Shown: positions 49,022 to 60,313 of the stretch, piece after piece
Position numbering within the stretch: the stretch's first letter is position 1
Layout of the letters: each line of letters starts with the position of its first letter
Source: Pseudomonadota bacterium
GTDB taxonomy: Bacteria > Bdellovibrionota > UBA1018 > CAIMNF01
Reading direction: 5' to 3'
Assembly (NCBI GenBank): GCA_027488515.1
Contig: JAIYBN010000001.1
Location: 192,811-256,810, forward strand
Length of the DNA stretch: 64,000 nt
Notes under the pieces: generated by a model
The model's input: only the letters and a program-made list of their open reading frames with translations
Told to the model about the DNA's origin: nothing
Database searches by the model: none
Made by a program: the position numbers and the translations under genes

Positions 49022-50893
49022 ATGGGTTATCCTGAAAGGGTGGGTATTCGTGGTCTGCCGGTGAGTCTGATCGGGTCCCTGGTGCTGCTCAGCGCCTGCA
49101 GTCTCGATTCATTCCGCTTCAAGGAACCGGCCATCGCCAGAATCTCTCCCGAGACCCCCGAAGCCGCTCCGGGAGGGGATTCCTCCCCGGGCTGCCTTTC
49201 CATGCTGAACGAATACTGCGACTCCTTGTACCAGCCGGGGGTCGAAGGGAATCTCATCATCCAGAAGAAAAAAGGGGGCTCACTCCGGGTACTTCAGGGG
49301 AAGACCGTGAACGGGTTCAGCCAGGTGTTTGTGGAGTTCGCCCGGAGCAAGCTCCGGAACCGCCGCCACCTGCCTCCCGACCTTCAACTCATCCTGAACG
49401 CCCATCAGTACTTCGAGCGCCTCGAGCAACTCCTGAACCGGACCCCCTTCGAACACATGACCTTGATGGATCGGGTGGAGGCTCACGAGGAGGAATCGGG
49501 AATCTCCCACACCTGGGATCTCGCGATCCGGGACACCCTCATCATCCGGATGAGCCGACGGTTCAAGGAATACGCCCGGACCCCGGCCGACCTCCAGCCC
49601 CCGGAAGTGATTCACGCCGAGGGGATGGAGAGAAAGATCCTCTTGGCCCAGATCTCATCTGCGATCTGGAAAGACCATCGGAACTGGAAGAAGGTCCAGT
49701 CAACATTCGAGACACTGAGGAAGAAAACCCTCCTGCTGATCGACACCTTGCCGGTCGAAGGGGGCCTCCGGAGGGAATGGAAGGAAAGGATCGCCTCGGT
49801 CAGACTCGTCCTGCCTGGAAGCCTGCCTGAGATCGTCGATCGTGACTGTTCGACCACCATGATGAACGCTTATTACTACACTCCGCTGAACGTCATCACG
49901 GTCTGTGCGGGAGACTTCAACAGCGAGGAAATCCTCCCCACCCTGGCTCACGAACTTTCGCATGCCCTCGACAACGACCGGAGCCTCCACCTCTTCTTCA
50001 AGAACAGCCGGATCAGCCGCTCCCTCGAAGAGTTCAACCGGAACATGTGCTCCCCCCGTCCGACGGACCTGTCTTGCGAACGCTGGCGTGAATTCAAGTC
50101 GGGCATTCCGGAATTGCTTTCCGAGCTCGGTTCCTACCGTCCGAACCTCCCGGAACTCCAGCGCTGCCTCAAAAAAGACCGTGACACCGAGACTCCGGGA
50201 GCCGATGCCGTCCGCAGGATCGCAACGACCACGGTCCGCGAAACCATCCGTGATCTTGCTGCCGAGGACGCCTTCATCCGGATCACCCAGGACAAGCTTC
50301 CGCTGAACAACGGGAAGCGGGTGGAGAACCCCTCCTACATGAACCCCTGCCTCTTCTTGCAAACCCACTGGAGCGACGAGACCCTCGACAGCGAGCTCTC
50401 ACTGCTGACTGCATTCGCGGCCGAATACCGTTGCAGCACCGAACGCGACAGCGGGCTCCGTCTCGAACAATCCATCCGTGCCACCCAGGTCCTTTTTGAC
50501 GGACTCCTCGAGGGAATGATCCTCTCGGAAGGCGAATTTTCGGACAGGAAGGCGATGATCGCCGAGGGGTACAGTTCTTCTCCCGCGGAGCGGTTCGCGG
50601 ACTTTTTCGGAAGCCGGCTGATCGCCTCGCAACTCGAGGACTCCCCTTCCCTTTGGGACCGACGCATGACCTTTCTCGCAGGGAACTCCTGGCAATGCCC
50701 GGGCCCCTCCCTTTCCCAGGCTTTCCCGAAGGAGAGCTCGGTCCTCAGGCGCTACCTGCTGAACGCCCACACGGACGGCCAGGACAGGCGTAAAGAATCC
50801 TTCTCCGCTCCGCTACGGGAAGTGCTCGGATGCGAAAAAGACTTCGAGTGGCCCGAGTGTTCTCTCAGCGGGAGCTCTCGCGATACGCCTTGA
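49022..50893 (+). CDS. Lipoprotein with an HExxH motif (putative zinc metallopeptidase of unknown family).
   Basis: Lipobox LVLLSACS. TLAHELSHALDND (HExxH). About 620 aa with no recognisable family otherwise. Confidence 0.5.
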   Translation: MGYPERVGIRGLPVSLIGSLVLLSACSLDSFRFKEPAIARISPETPEAAPGGDSSPGCLSMLNEYCDSLYQPGVEGNLIIQKKKGGSLRVLQGKTVNGFSQVFVEFARSKLRNRRHLPPDLQLILNAHQYFERLEQLLNRTPFEHMTLMDRVEAHEEESGISHTWDLAIRDTLIIRMSRRFKEYARTPADLQPPEVIHAEGMERKILLAQISSAIWKDHRNWKKVQSTFETLRKKTLLLIDTLPVEGGLRREWKERIASVRLVLPGSLPEIVDRDCSTTMMNAYYYTPLNVITVCAGDFNSEEILPTLAHELSHALDNDRSLHLFFKNSRISRSLEEFNRNMCSPRPTDLSCERWREFKSGIPELLSELGSYRPNLPELQRCLKKDRDTETPGADAVRRIATTTVRETIRDLAAEDAFIRITQDKLPLNNGKRVENPSYMNPCLFLQTHWSDETLDSELSLLTAFAAEYRCSTERDSGLRLEQSIRATQVLFDGLLEGMILSEGEFSDRKAMIAEGYSSSPAERFADFFGSRLIASQLEDSPSLWDRRMTFLAGNSWQCPGPSLSQAFPKESSVLRRYLLNAHTDGQDRRKESFSAPLREVLGCEKDFEWPECSLSGSSRDTP

Positions 50894-52016
50894 GAACGGC
50901 TCCGACCCCTTTACCGAACTCGACCGAATGACCGAGCTCTTGAAGGGCCAACTCGAGCGCCCCGATCCCGGTGGCGACATCGAACACGTCGCAATACCCG
51001 AAATGGGAGAGTCTCAAGATCTTTCCTTGGAGTTCATCCTGGCCTCCCATGATGATCACCCCGTATTTTTCCTGCATCAGTTTCTGGATCGCCTTGCCTT
51101 GATCGACCGAAAAAGTGGCGGGAACCCTCACCGTGGTGAGTACAGGGGATGGAGCCTTCGAGAACAACTCGAGCCCGAGAGCCGAGGCGGCCTCGCGGGT
51201 GCACTTGGCCAAAACCTCATGACGGGCGAACAGGGTCTGCAAGCCCTCTTCACGGAGGAGTCCGAGCGACTCGACTCCGCCCTCGATCAATGAAATGGCA
51301 GGAGTCCAGGCGGTCTGCTGTTTTTCCTGCATCTTCTTTTCGCGGGTGAGATCGAAATAAAAACGGGGACTCTTGGAAACGGCAACCGCCTGCCAGGCAC
51401 GGGCACTCAGGGCGATGAAGGCCAGCCCCGGCGGGAGCATGAGTGCCTTCTGCGAACCGGTGATCAGGACATCGATTCCCCAGTCGTCCATCGGCAGGTC
51501 GAGAATCCCGACGGCCGTGATTCCGTCACACACACTCAGGACCCCGTGCTCCCTGCAAAGATCCACGATGGCTTTGACCGGATTGAGGGCGCCGGTGGAG
51601 GTCTCGGAAGCTTGGAACAGGACCGCTTTCGCGGCAGGATGAGCGGTCAACAATCTTTTCACTTCGGCCGGATCGGCGGCCGAGCCACGATCCACCACGA
51701 GTTCATGAACCGTGAGACCGTAGGTCTTCGCAAGCTTGGTCCAACGTTCCCCGAACTTTCCGAGATTGAGAACGAGGACTTCGTCCGCCGGTGAAAACAA
51801 ATTGGCGACGGCGGCCTCCATGGCTCCGGAACCGGTCGCGGTCAAAGTCAACACGGGTTCCCGGGTCTGGAAGAGCCATCCCAGATGGTCTTGAAGCTTC
51901 TTGAAGCGCGCCTCGAATAACGAGGTGCGATGATGGATCACAGGCTCCGCGAACTTGGAAAGGACAGACTCGGGAATGGCGGTCGGTCCGGGCGTCAAAA
52001 GACGGATCTTCTTCAT
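50865..52016 (-). CDS. Class V aminotransferase (serine-pyruvate / alanine-glyoxylate aminotransferase-like).
   Basis: Start at MKKIRLLTPGPTAIPESV (typical AGT N-terminus). PLP-Lys region LITGSQKALMLPPGLAF. 383 aa. The listed 938-aa ORF upstream of this start is antisense to acs and is discarded. Confidence 0.8.
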   Translation of the reverse strand: MKKIRLLTPGPTAIPESVLSKFAEPVIHHRTSLFEARFKKLQDHLGWLFQTREPVLTLTATGSGAMEAAVANLFSPADEVLVLNLGKFGERWTKLAKTYGLTVHELVVDRGSAADPAEVKRLLTAHPAAKAVLFQASETSTGALNPVKAIVDLCREHGVLSVCDGITAVGILDLPMDDWGIDVLITGSQKALMLPPGLAFIALSARAWQAVAVSKSPRFYFDLTREKKMQEKQQTAWTPAISLIEGGVESLGLLREEGLQTLFARHEVLAKCTREAASALGLELFSKAPSPVLTTVRVPATFSVDQGKAIQKLMQEKYGVIIMGGQDELQGKILRLSHFGYCDVFDVATGIGALELALQELGHSVEFGKGVGAVLKAYRESSR

Positions 52017-52094
52017 GGGTCGAAGGTACCACAGTCCCCCGCGTCGGTGCACTTCCTTCTTGCCCGCTCCGGTCACCGCCCGTAACCTGAAACC

Positions 52095-54059
<1,965 letters not shown>

Positions 54060-54066
54060 ACCCGGC

Positions 54067-55308
54067 ATGAAGGCCTCGATCCTCACCATCGGCGATGAAC
54101 TCCTGATCGGACAGGTCCTGAACTCGAATGTTCAATGGATCAGTGAGCGTCTGACCGCCATCGGCGTCACGGTCACGCGGCACCTGAGTGTCGGTGACGA
54201 GATGGACGAGATCACGGGCGCCCTCCGGTTTTTACAAAGCTCCTGCGATATCTTGATCATCGGAGGGGGCTTGGGCCCCACCCACGATGACCTCACTGTC
54301 GAGGCATTGTCGCGGTACTTCAAAATCCCGCTCCGGTACGACGAAGAATGGGTCGGCAAGATCGAGGAATTTTTCAAATCGCGTGGTCGCCCGATGACCG
54401 AGAACAACAAGAAACAAGGCTACCTGCTCCGGGACGCTGTGCGGATCGACAATGACTGTGGAACCGCTCCGGGGCAATTCTTGATGGAAGGTCGGACCCG
54501 GATCTTCGTGGTACCCGGCGTGCCTCACGAAATGAAGAGCATGATGGATCGGGTGATCCTTCCCAAGCTTTTGAATGACCCCTCGCTCGGCTCGACGCGG
54601 ATCCTGAAAGAAACCCTCCTCACTTCCGGCGTCGGTGAGAGCGCACTCGCCCAGAGGATCGAAATGGATGTGGAGCGGATCCGGAACATCGAGGGAATGA
54701 GTCTCGCCTTCCTCCCTTCGAACACCGGAGTCCGGCTCCGGCTCCAAATGCGGGCCTCCACCCCCGAGGAAGAGGCCACGTTCCGAAGTGAATTCACGGC
54801 TCTCGAGAAAGCTTGCGGGTCCGATGCCTACGGTATCGAACCGGGCACGATCGAGGAGTGCGTTCATCGATTGTTGATGGATCGCGGGGAGACGCTTGCC
54901 ATTGCAGAGAGCTGCACGGGTGGACTCGTTTCACAACGGCTCACCCGGATCGCAGGAGCCTCGAAGATCTTGCGAGGCACACTGATTCCGTATCAGACCG
55001 AACTGAAGACCCGGGAACTCGGAATCCCGGCCACCCTTTTCGAACAGTCGGGAGTGGTGTCCGAGGCGAGTGCGAGAGCCATGGCCGAGAACATCCGCAC
55101 CAAATGGGGAACCACTTGGGGACTTGGAATCACCGGCTACCTGGGCCCGGAAGGGGACGCCTTCGCGCCGGGCGGGACCGTCTGGATTGCGGTGGCCCGG
55201 GAAAACCGGACCCTGGCCCGTGAGTTCCACTTCGAAAATCACCGGGAGCGGGCGCAGGAACGGGCGGCCGCTTATGCCCTTGACTCACTCCGTCGAGCCT
55301 TGACCTGA
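54067..55308 (+). CDS. cinA: CinA-family competence/damage-inducible protein (MoCF-binding domain plus CinA C-terminal domain).
   Basis: MKASILTIGDELLIGQVLNSN and CinA_C region ESCTGGLVSQRL. Confidence 0.85.
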   Translation: MKASILTIGDELLIGQVLNSNVQWISERLTAIGVTVTRHLSVGDEMDEITGALRFLQSSCDILIIGGGLGPTHDDLTVEALSRYFKIPLRYDEEWVGKIEEFFKSRGRPMTENNKKQGYLLRDAVRIDNDCGTAPGQFLMEGRTRIFVVPGVPHEMKSMMDRVILPKLLNDPSLGSTRILKETLLTSGVGESALAQRIEMDVERIRNIEGMSLAFLPSNTGVRLRLQMRASTPEEEATFRSEFTALEKACGSDAYGIEPGTIEECVHRLLMDRGETLAIAESCTGGLVSQRLTRIAGASKILRGTLIPYQTELKTRELGIPATLFEQSGVVSEASARAMAENIRTKWGTTWGLGITGYLGPEGDAFAPGGTVWIAVARENRTLAREFHFENHRERAQERAAAYALDSLRRALT

Positions 55309-55429
55309 CCCCACCCCGGTGCCAATCCGCACTGGAGAATTTCGGGGTCAAAGGGTCACCAGTGGGCCCACCCCCGGGTAGGAACCCTTTGAGTCATTGA
55401 AATCATTGACTAATCTTTTGATACGATTT

Positions 55430-55445
55430 TGGCACGTGCCTTGCT
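55430..55445 (+). promoter_or_regulatory. Sigma54 (RpoN) -24/-12 promoter.
   Basis: TGGCACGTGCCTTGCT matches TGGCACG-N4-TTGCW exactly. It lies 54 nt upstream of the lipoprotein ATG, which has a strong G-rich SD. A TCATTGA-AA-TCATTGA direct repeat sits 20 to 35 nt upstream. Confidence 0.7.
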
Positions 55446-55498
55446 ATTTGCCTGACTGACGTGAACCACACGATGCCGACACAAGGGGGGGCATCTCT

Positions 55499-56263
55499 AT
55501 GAAAACGATCTCTCAATTACTCTGCAATGCCGGACTCCTCATCTTGACCCTGTTCTCTCTGACCGCCTGCGAAACGGTGATTGTTCAAGGAGGCGGGGGA
55601 GTCTATGTCGACCCTTATCGCCGGGCTTGGTACGACGTTTATGGAAACCAATGCACCTCCTATGGATACCCGATGGCGGGTTGCAACTTCTACGCAGACG
55701 GGTCGAAGATCACGGCCAATCAAGATCCGTACGCTTCCACTCGCTCCATTTATTTCGATTATTGGACCTACACGGACTCTTACGGATTCCGCAGGGACTA
55801 CATGGGTTACGCGTGGCTGAGCAGTACCGGCATTCTCTATGACTCATTCGGAAACGCATTGAACGAAATGGACGACGGCTCTTCGCAATCCGCGGACATC
55901 ATCGCTGCCGCGGCCGAACAGGAAGAGGCCAGCTCCCGGGCAGCCGGACGCACCCTTTCCCAAAAATACGCACTGGCTGAATCGGCCGGAGTGAGCATTG
56001 CAAAAACCCTCCAGGACTGGGCGGTGCTCGGACGTGACCGCGCCAGAACCCAGGCCGATGTCGAAGACTTCAGCAAGCGCCTGTATGGCGTGAATCTGTC
56101 TCGAGCCACCCTCGCAGTGAAGGAAGCCGCAAAAGGCAACCGTCAAGCCCTCACCGAGGTCAACATCGATGTCGCGGCTCACTGGGGCACGAATCCTGAA
56201 ACCTCAAAGCAAATCTTGAGCGAATGGTACCGCGAGGAGCTTGCCCGACTCGGAGCGAAGTGA
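55499..56263 (+). CDS. Lipoprotein of unknown function (sigma54-dependent, monocistronic).
   Basis: Lipobox LFSLTACE. Gly/Tyr/Asp-rich N-terminal half. Flanked by a sigma54 promoter and a strong terminator. Confidence 0.6.
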   Translation: MKTISQLLCNAGLLILTLFSLTACETVIVQGGGGVYVDPYRRAWYDVYGNQCTSYGYPMAGCNFYADGSKITANQDPYASTRSIYFDYWTYTDSYGFRRDYMGYAWLSSTGILYDSFGNALNEMDDGSSQSADIIAAAAEQEEASSRAAGRTLSQKYALAESAGVSIAKTLQDWAVLGRDRARTQADVEDFSKRLYGVNLSRATLAVKEAAKGNRQALTEVNIDVAAHWGTNPETSKQILSEWYREELARLGAK

Positions 56264-56288
56264 ACCTTTTGACAGCTCAAACCATTGG

Positions 56289-56326
56289 CACCTGAAACAC
56301 CTTGTGTTTCAGGTGCTTTTTTTTTA
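56289..56326 (+). terminator. Rho-independent terminator.
   Basis: CACCTGAAACAC-CTT-GTGTTTCAGGTG perfect 12-bp stem followed by T9. Confidence 0.85.
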
Positions 56327-56347
56327 CCGAGCCTTTAACCTTGTAGC

Positions 56348-56959
56348 ATGGATCAAGCAAAGGAGTTCCTCCTCCAGTACCAGGGGATTCAGGCCTATCT
56401 GGTATTTTATTTCACACTGATCGGATGTGGAATCGGCATGCCGATCAACTCCGATCTCACCTTGATTGCCGCCTCGGTGCTCGCTGCACTCGGTTTCTTC
56501 AAACTGCCGATCCTGATTCCGGTCGCCTTCCTCGGTCTCCTGAGCGGAGACACGATCAATTATCTCGTCGCGCGCAAGTACGGGCCGAGAATCCTGAAGA
56601 AGGCTCCCTTCAAGTGGATCCTCACGCCAGGCAAGGTCGCCGCTGCCGAACGTTATCTCGAAAAACGGGGAACCCGGTTCCTGTTTCTGGTCCGGTTCCT
56701 TCCCTTGATCCGGACGGCACTGTACTTCACCGCGGGCTCCTTGCAAGTTCGCGCCCGGACCTTTTTCCTTCTGGATGCGATTTCGACCGTGATCTACCTG
56801 CTCGGGCTCATGAATCTCGCCCATACCGCCGGTGCGAACATCGACTCCCTGATTGAGGGCTTCAAACGCTTCCAGTTCGGCTTGCTCGGATTCCTGCTCA
56901 CCGGATCCCTTTTCATCCTCTACCGGAATCGCCGGACAAAAAGGACTCTCGCCTCATGA
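56348..56959 (+). CDS. DedA-family (VTT/SNARE-associated domain) membrane protein.
   Basis: DedA signature region LVARKYGPRILKKAP...FLFLVRFLPLIRTALYFTAGS. About 200 aa with 4 to 5 TM helices. Confidence 0.8.
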   Translation: MDQAKEFLLQYQGIQAYLVFYFTLIGCGIGMPINSDLTLIAASVLAALGFFKLPILIPVAFLGLLSGDTINYLVARKYGPRILKKAPFKWILTPGKVAAAERYLEKRGTRFLFLVRFLPLIRTALYFTAGSLQVRARTFFLLDAISTVIYLLGLMNLAHTAGANIDSLIEGFKRFQFGLLGFLLTGSLFILYRNRRTKRTLAS

Positions 56960-59316
56960 ACCGTCTCCTGCTCTGGGTCTCGGCCCTCCCCTTGGTCCTC
57001 ATCGCGGCCTTCTTCCAGATCACACTCGATCTGGGGGAGCGCGGAGAACTGGAATCCAAATTCCTTCGGGGAACCATCTATCCGATCGCACGATCGGTGA
57101 CGGGAGCGCTGACCAACATCAAGTTCCGCTTGCGCGGACCCGAGTCCGGCAACCAGAAGATCGTGATTCTTGCGGCGGATGAGGAATCAATCGTTGCACA
57201 TGGCCGCTGGCCCTGGCATCGGGAGGTCTACGCCAAGATCATCGACCGGCTCCTCGCAATGGGAGTCAAGACCATCGGATTCGACATGGTGCTCTCGGAG
57301 CCTGAGGAGCGGATCCACCAAAAGGCCTACAAGCTCGTCGAAAAACACAACCCCTCCCTCTTGAAGGATTTCCTCGAACTTGAGAGCGATCCGCAACTGG
57401 CTCAAGCGATCGCTCGAGCAAAAGATAAACTGGTATTGGGCTACGCCTACGACGGGGCCTGCCAGCCCAGGTATGAGAAAGATGAATCTTGTCCACTCTC
57501 CGCAGCTGGAACCTCGGCGAAGATCCGGAATAGCATCGGAAAGTTCGCCATCGAGCAACCCTATCCCTTTCCCAAAGAAACCCTTTGGGGGACCTCGCTC
57601 AGGAACCTGTATCACTTAATCCCGAATATCGATCTCTTCAGTGACAATGCCCGTTATGCCGGGATCTTCAACGCGGATCTTGACCCGGACGGTTACATCC
57701 GGCGCTACGGATTGTTCTCCTTTTCCGAAAACCTCATCCTTCCTTCACTTGCAGTGAAGATGGCGGAGCTCGCCCGGGATGATCAGATCCAAATCGAATT
57801 CCGTCCGGACGGTCTCATCAAGAAAGCCTATTTCAAGAAGGACCCCGCAAATCCGATTCCGGTGACCCCGCTCGGGTACATGGATATCAACTTCAAAGGG
57901 CCGAACCATTACCAGCTCGAGAAAGAGATTCCGGGATACGAACCGTACTACTACATTCCGGTCCATCATTTGCTGGACAAAAAACTCACCCCCATCGATG
58001 AAGCAGAGCTCCAAGAAATCCTCTTTGACTCACATGTGCTGTTCGGTGCGACGGCTCTCGGGGTTTATGACATGAGGGCCTTCCCCTTCGATTCGAACAC
58101 CCCCGGGGTCGAAGGTCACGCGACAGCCCTCGACAACCTGATTGCCGGCAACCAACTCCGCTCGGCCAGCGCCATCCACATGAGCTGGTTGCCTTTGACC
58201 TTGATCGTGGTCTTCGGCCTGGTTTTCATCTTTCTGTTTTCGAGCCTGGACGCCATCCCGAGCATCCTCGTCTTCATCGGATTCTTGAGCGTCTTGGGTT
58301 GGATCGACATCCGCATCTTGTTCAAGAATCACATCAACCTGTCGACTGCTTTCCTCCTGATCGAGACCTTTCTCATTTTCGTCACCCTGCTCTCGATCCG
58401 GTACATCTTGGAGGAAAAGAAGAAGAAATTTGTGAAAGAGGCGTTCTCCAAATACCTCGCCCCGCAAGTCGTGGAACTGGTCCTCGAGGATCCGAGCAAG
58501 CTCCAGGTCGGCGGTGAGCGGAAGGAAGTCACCATCCTGTTCAGCGATCTCCGTGGCTTCACGAACTTTTCGGAGAACATGGACCCGAAGGTGCTCACCC
58601 AGTTCCTGAACGAGTACCTCTCCGAAATGACCGAGATCATCTTCCAACACGAGGGGACCCTCGACAAGTACATCGGGGACGCGATCATGGCCTTCTGGGG
58701 CGCACCCATCGACCAGAAGGATCATGTGGAGCGTGCGTGGCGGGCCGCCGTGGCCATGAAAAAGCGTCTCGACGAGATCGCACCGGACTTCAAAAAACGT
58801 TACGGGATCGACGTCAGTGCCGGGATCGGCATCAACTCGGGACTGGTCAGCGTCGGAAACATGGGCTCCAAGAGGATTTTCGAGTACACCGTGATCGGAG
58901 ATCACGTGAACCTCGCATCCCGACTGGAAAGCCTGACCCGATTGTACGGTGGAGACATTCTGAGTACCGAGGTGACCCGGGAGAGGCTCCCGGAAGGGGT
59001 CCAGGGACAATTCCACACCCGGATTCTCGACTCGGTGATCGTAAAGGGGAAGACCAAGGCGGTCGATCTGATCCAGATCTCCGAAGTGGAGTTCGACCCC
59101 GAGCTGATCCGCAACTTCACCGAGGCCCGCGAAGCATTCAAACACCGGGAATGGGAAGTGGCCCGGACCAAGTTCACGCTCGCCAGTGAAATCCAGAAAG
59201 CCCGCACCGGTTCGGTTGATCCGGTCTCCGAGATCTACCTCTCGCGTTGCGTGGAGTTCGAGAAAAATCCCCCTCCGCCCGACTGGGATGGAACGATAGA
59301 AATGCGCAGGAAATGA
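56956..59316 (+). CDS. CHASE2-domain membrane-bound class III adenylate/guanylate cyclase.
   Basis: N-terminal TM and periplasmic CHASE2-like domain, three TM helices, then a cyclase homology domain (EVTILFSDLRGFT; YIGDAIMAFWGAP; VGNMGSKRIFEYTVIGDHVNLASRLES). Confidence 0.85.
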   Translation: MNRLLLWVSALPLVLIAAFFQITLDLGERGELESKFLRGTIYPIARSVTGALTNIKFRLRGPESGNQKIVILAADEESIVAHGRWPWHREVYAKIIDRLLAMGVKTIGFDMVLSEPEERIHQKAYKLVEKHNPSLLKDFLELESDPQLAQAIARAKDKLVLGYAYDGACQPRYEKDESCPLSAAGTSAKIRNSIGKFAIEQPYPFPKETLWGTSLRNLYHLIPNIDLFSDNARYAGIFNADLDPDGYIRRYGLFSFSENLILPSLAVKMAELARDDQIQIEFRPDGLIKKAYFKKDPANPIPVTPLGYMDINFKGPNHYQLEKEIPGYEPYYYIPVHHLLDKKLTPIDEAELQEILFDSHVLFGATALGVYDMRAFPFDSNTPGVEGHATALDNLIAGNQLRSASAIHMSWLPLTLIVVFGLVFIFLFSSLDAIPSILVFIGFLSVLGWIDIRILFKNHINLSTAFLLIETFLIFVTLLSIRYILEEKKKKFVKEAFSKYLAPQVVELVLEDPSKLQVGGERKEVTILFSDLRGFTNFSENMDPKVLTQFLNEYLSEMTEIIFQHEGTLDKYIGDAIMAFWGAPIDQKDHVERAWRAAVAMKKRLDEIAPDFKKRYGIDVSAGIGINSGLVSVGNMGSKRIFEYTVIGDHVNLASRLESLTRLYGGDILSTEVTRERLPEGVQGQFHTRILDSVIVKGKTKAVDLIQISEVEFDPELIRNFTEAREAFKHREWEVARTKFTLASEIQKARTGSVDPVSEIYLSRCVEFEKNPPPPDWDGTIEMRRK

Positions 59317-59317
59317 T

Positions 59318-60313
59318 ATGAGCGCCAAAGAAGTCAACCTGAAACAGAAAGACATCCTTTTCGAGGAGGGCGACCCCTCGAAAAACCTCTACTTTGTCAA
59401 AAAAGGGGCGATCCGGCTCTTCCGCAGGAAGGGGGACGGGAAGATCGAGATCGACACCGTCCGCGCAGGCTCCGTATTGGGTGAGTTGGCGTTTTTCGAC
59501 GGCCAACCCCGCTCGGCTTCGGCGGAGGCCTTGCTTCCGACCGACCTGATCGAGATCTCCAAAGGGTCTCTCGACGATGCGCTTTCCAAGATCCCCGAGT
59601 GGCTGGTGACTTTGATCAAGACCATCAGTTCGCGCCTGAGGGCCGCGAACAACAAGGTCCGGATTCTGGAGAGCCTTTCGACCGAGTACGAAGTGGACAA
59701 GCACGGGAACCGTTCGAAGGAGTACTGCTTCGTGACCACTCCCGAATTGCTGAAGTTCTCGACCGCGCTGCTCACAGTGGCCTCCCGCTACGGCAAGAAC
59801 GAGAAGCCGGACGGAATCGAGTTCACCTCCGCCATGCTCGAGCGCTTCGCGACCCAGATCCTCCAGGTTCCCTCGGCCAAAGTGTTGAGCCTGATCGAGC
59901 TCATGAAGACGGTCAAGATCCTGAAAGACGATCTCATGCTCACCGACATCCGGTTCCTCGACCAGTTCATCCAATTCGTGAATGAACAGAACCTGACGGC
60001 CCACGAGAAGAGACAAACCCTTTCGGAATCCGGATTCAAGATCCTGGGCCTCATGGTCCAGAACAGGGCTCAAGCCAAGCCTCTCGCCGACTCGGTCGAA
60101 CGTCTCAACATCGGACCCGCCATTCAACAGGCCAAGATCCCCGTGGGACAGATCCAGGAGTTGCAGGACCAGGGCTTCATCAAGAACATCACGCTTGTCT
60201 CGGCGAACGAGGTACTGCTCGACTACGAGGGAAGTAACCTGCTGTTCCTGTACCGCGTGTACTGGGTTCTGACCGAGATCGACCGCCTCAACGAGGAGAA
60301 GCGGAAGAAATGA
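59318..60313 (+). CDS. Cyclic-nucleotide-binding domain protein with a C-terminal domain of unknown function.
   Basis: N-terminal cNMP-binding cassette (ILFEEGDPSKNLYFVKKGAIRL...GSVLGELAFFDGQPRSASAEAL). About 200 aa C-terminal region without a recognisable HTH. Start 2 nt after the cyclase stop. Confidence 0.75.
   Translation: MSAKEVNLKQKDILFEEGDPSKNLYFVKKGAIRLFRRKGDGKIEIDTVRAGSVLGELAFFDGQPRSASAEALLPTDLIEISKGSLDDALSKIPEWLVTLIKTISSRLRAANNKVRILESLSTEYEVDKHGNRSKEYCFVTTPELLKFSTALLTVASRYGKNEKPDGIEFTSAMLERFATQILQVPSAKVLSLIELMKTVKILKDDLMLTDIRFLDQFIQFVNEQNLTAHEKRQTLSESGFKILGLMVQNRAQAKPLADSVERLNIGPAIQQAKIPVGQIQELQDQGFIKNITLVSANEVLLDYEGSNLLFLYRVYWVLTEIDRLNEEKRKK

Noticed and set aside
56290-56312. TGGCAC hexamer resembling a sigma54 -24 element.
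   Set aside because: No TTGC at the -12 spacing. The sequence is the 5' arm of a perfect terminator hairpin.
58030-59355. 441-aa minus-strand ORF.
   Set aside because: Antisense to the adenylate cyclase gene, which has a clear cyclase homology domain.
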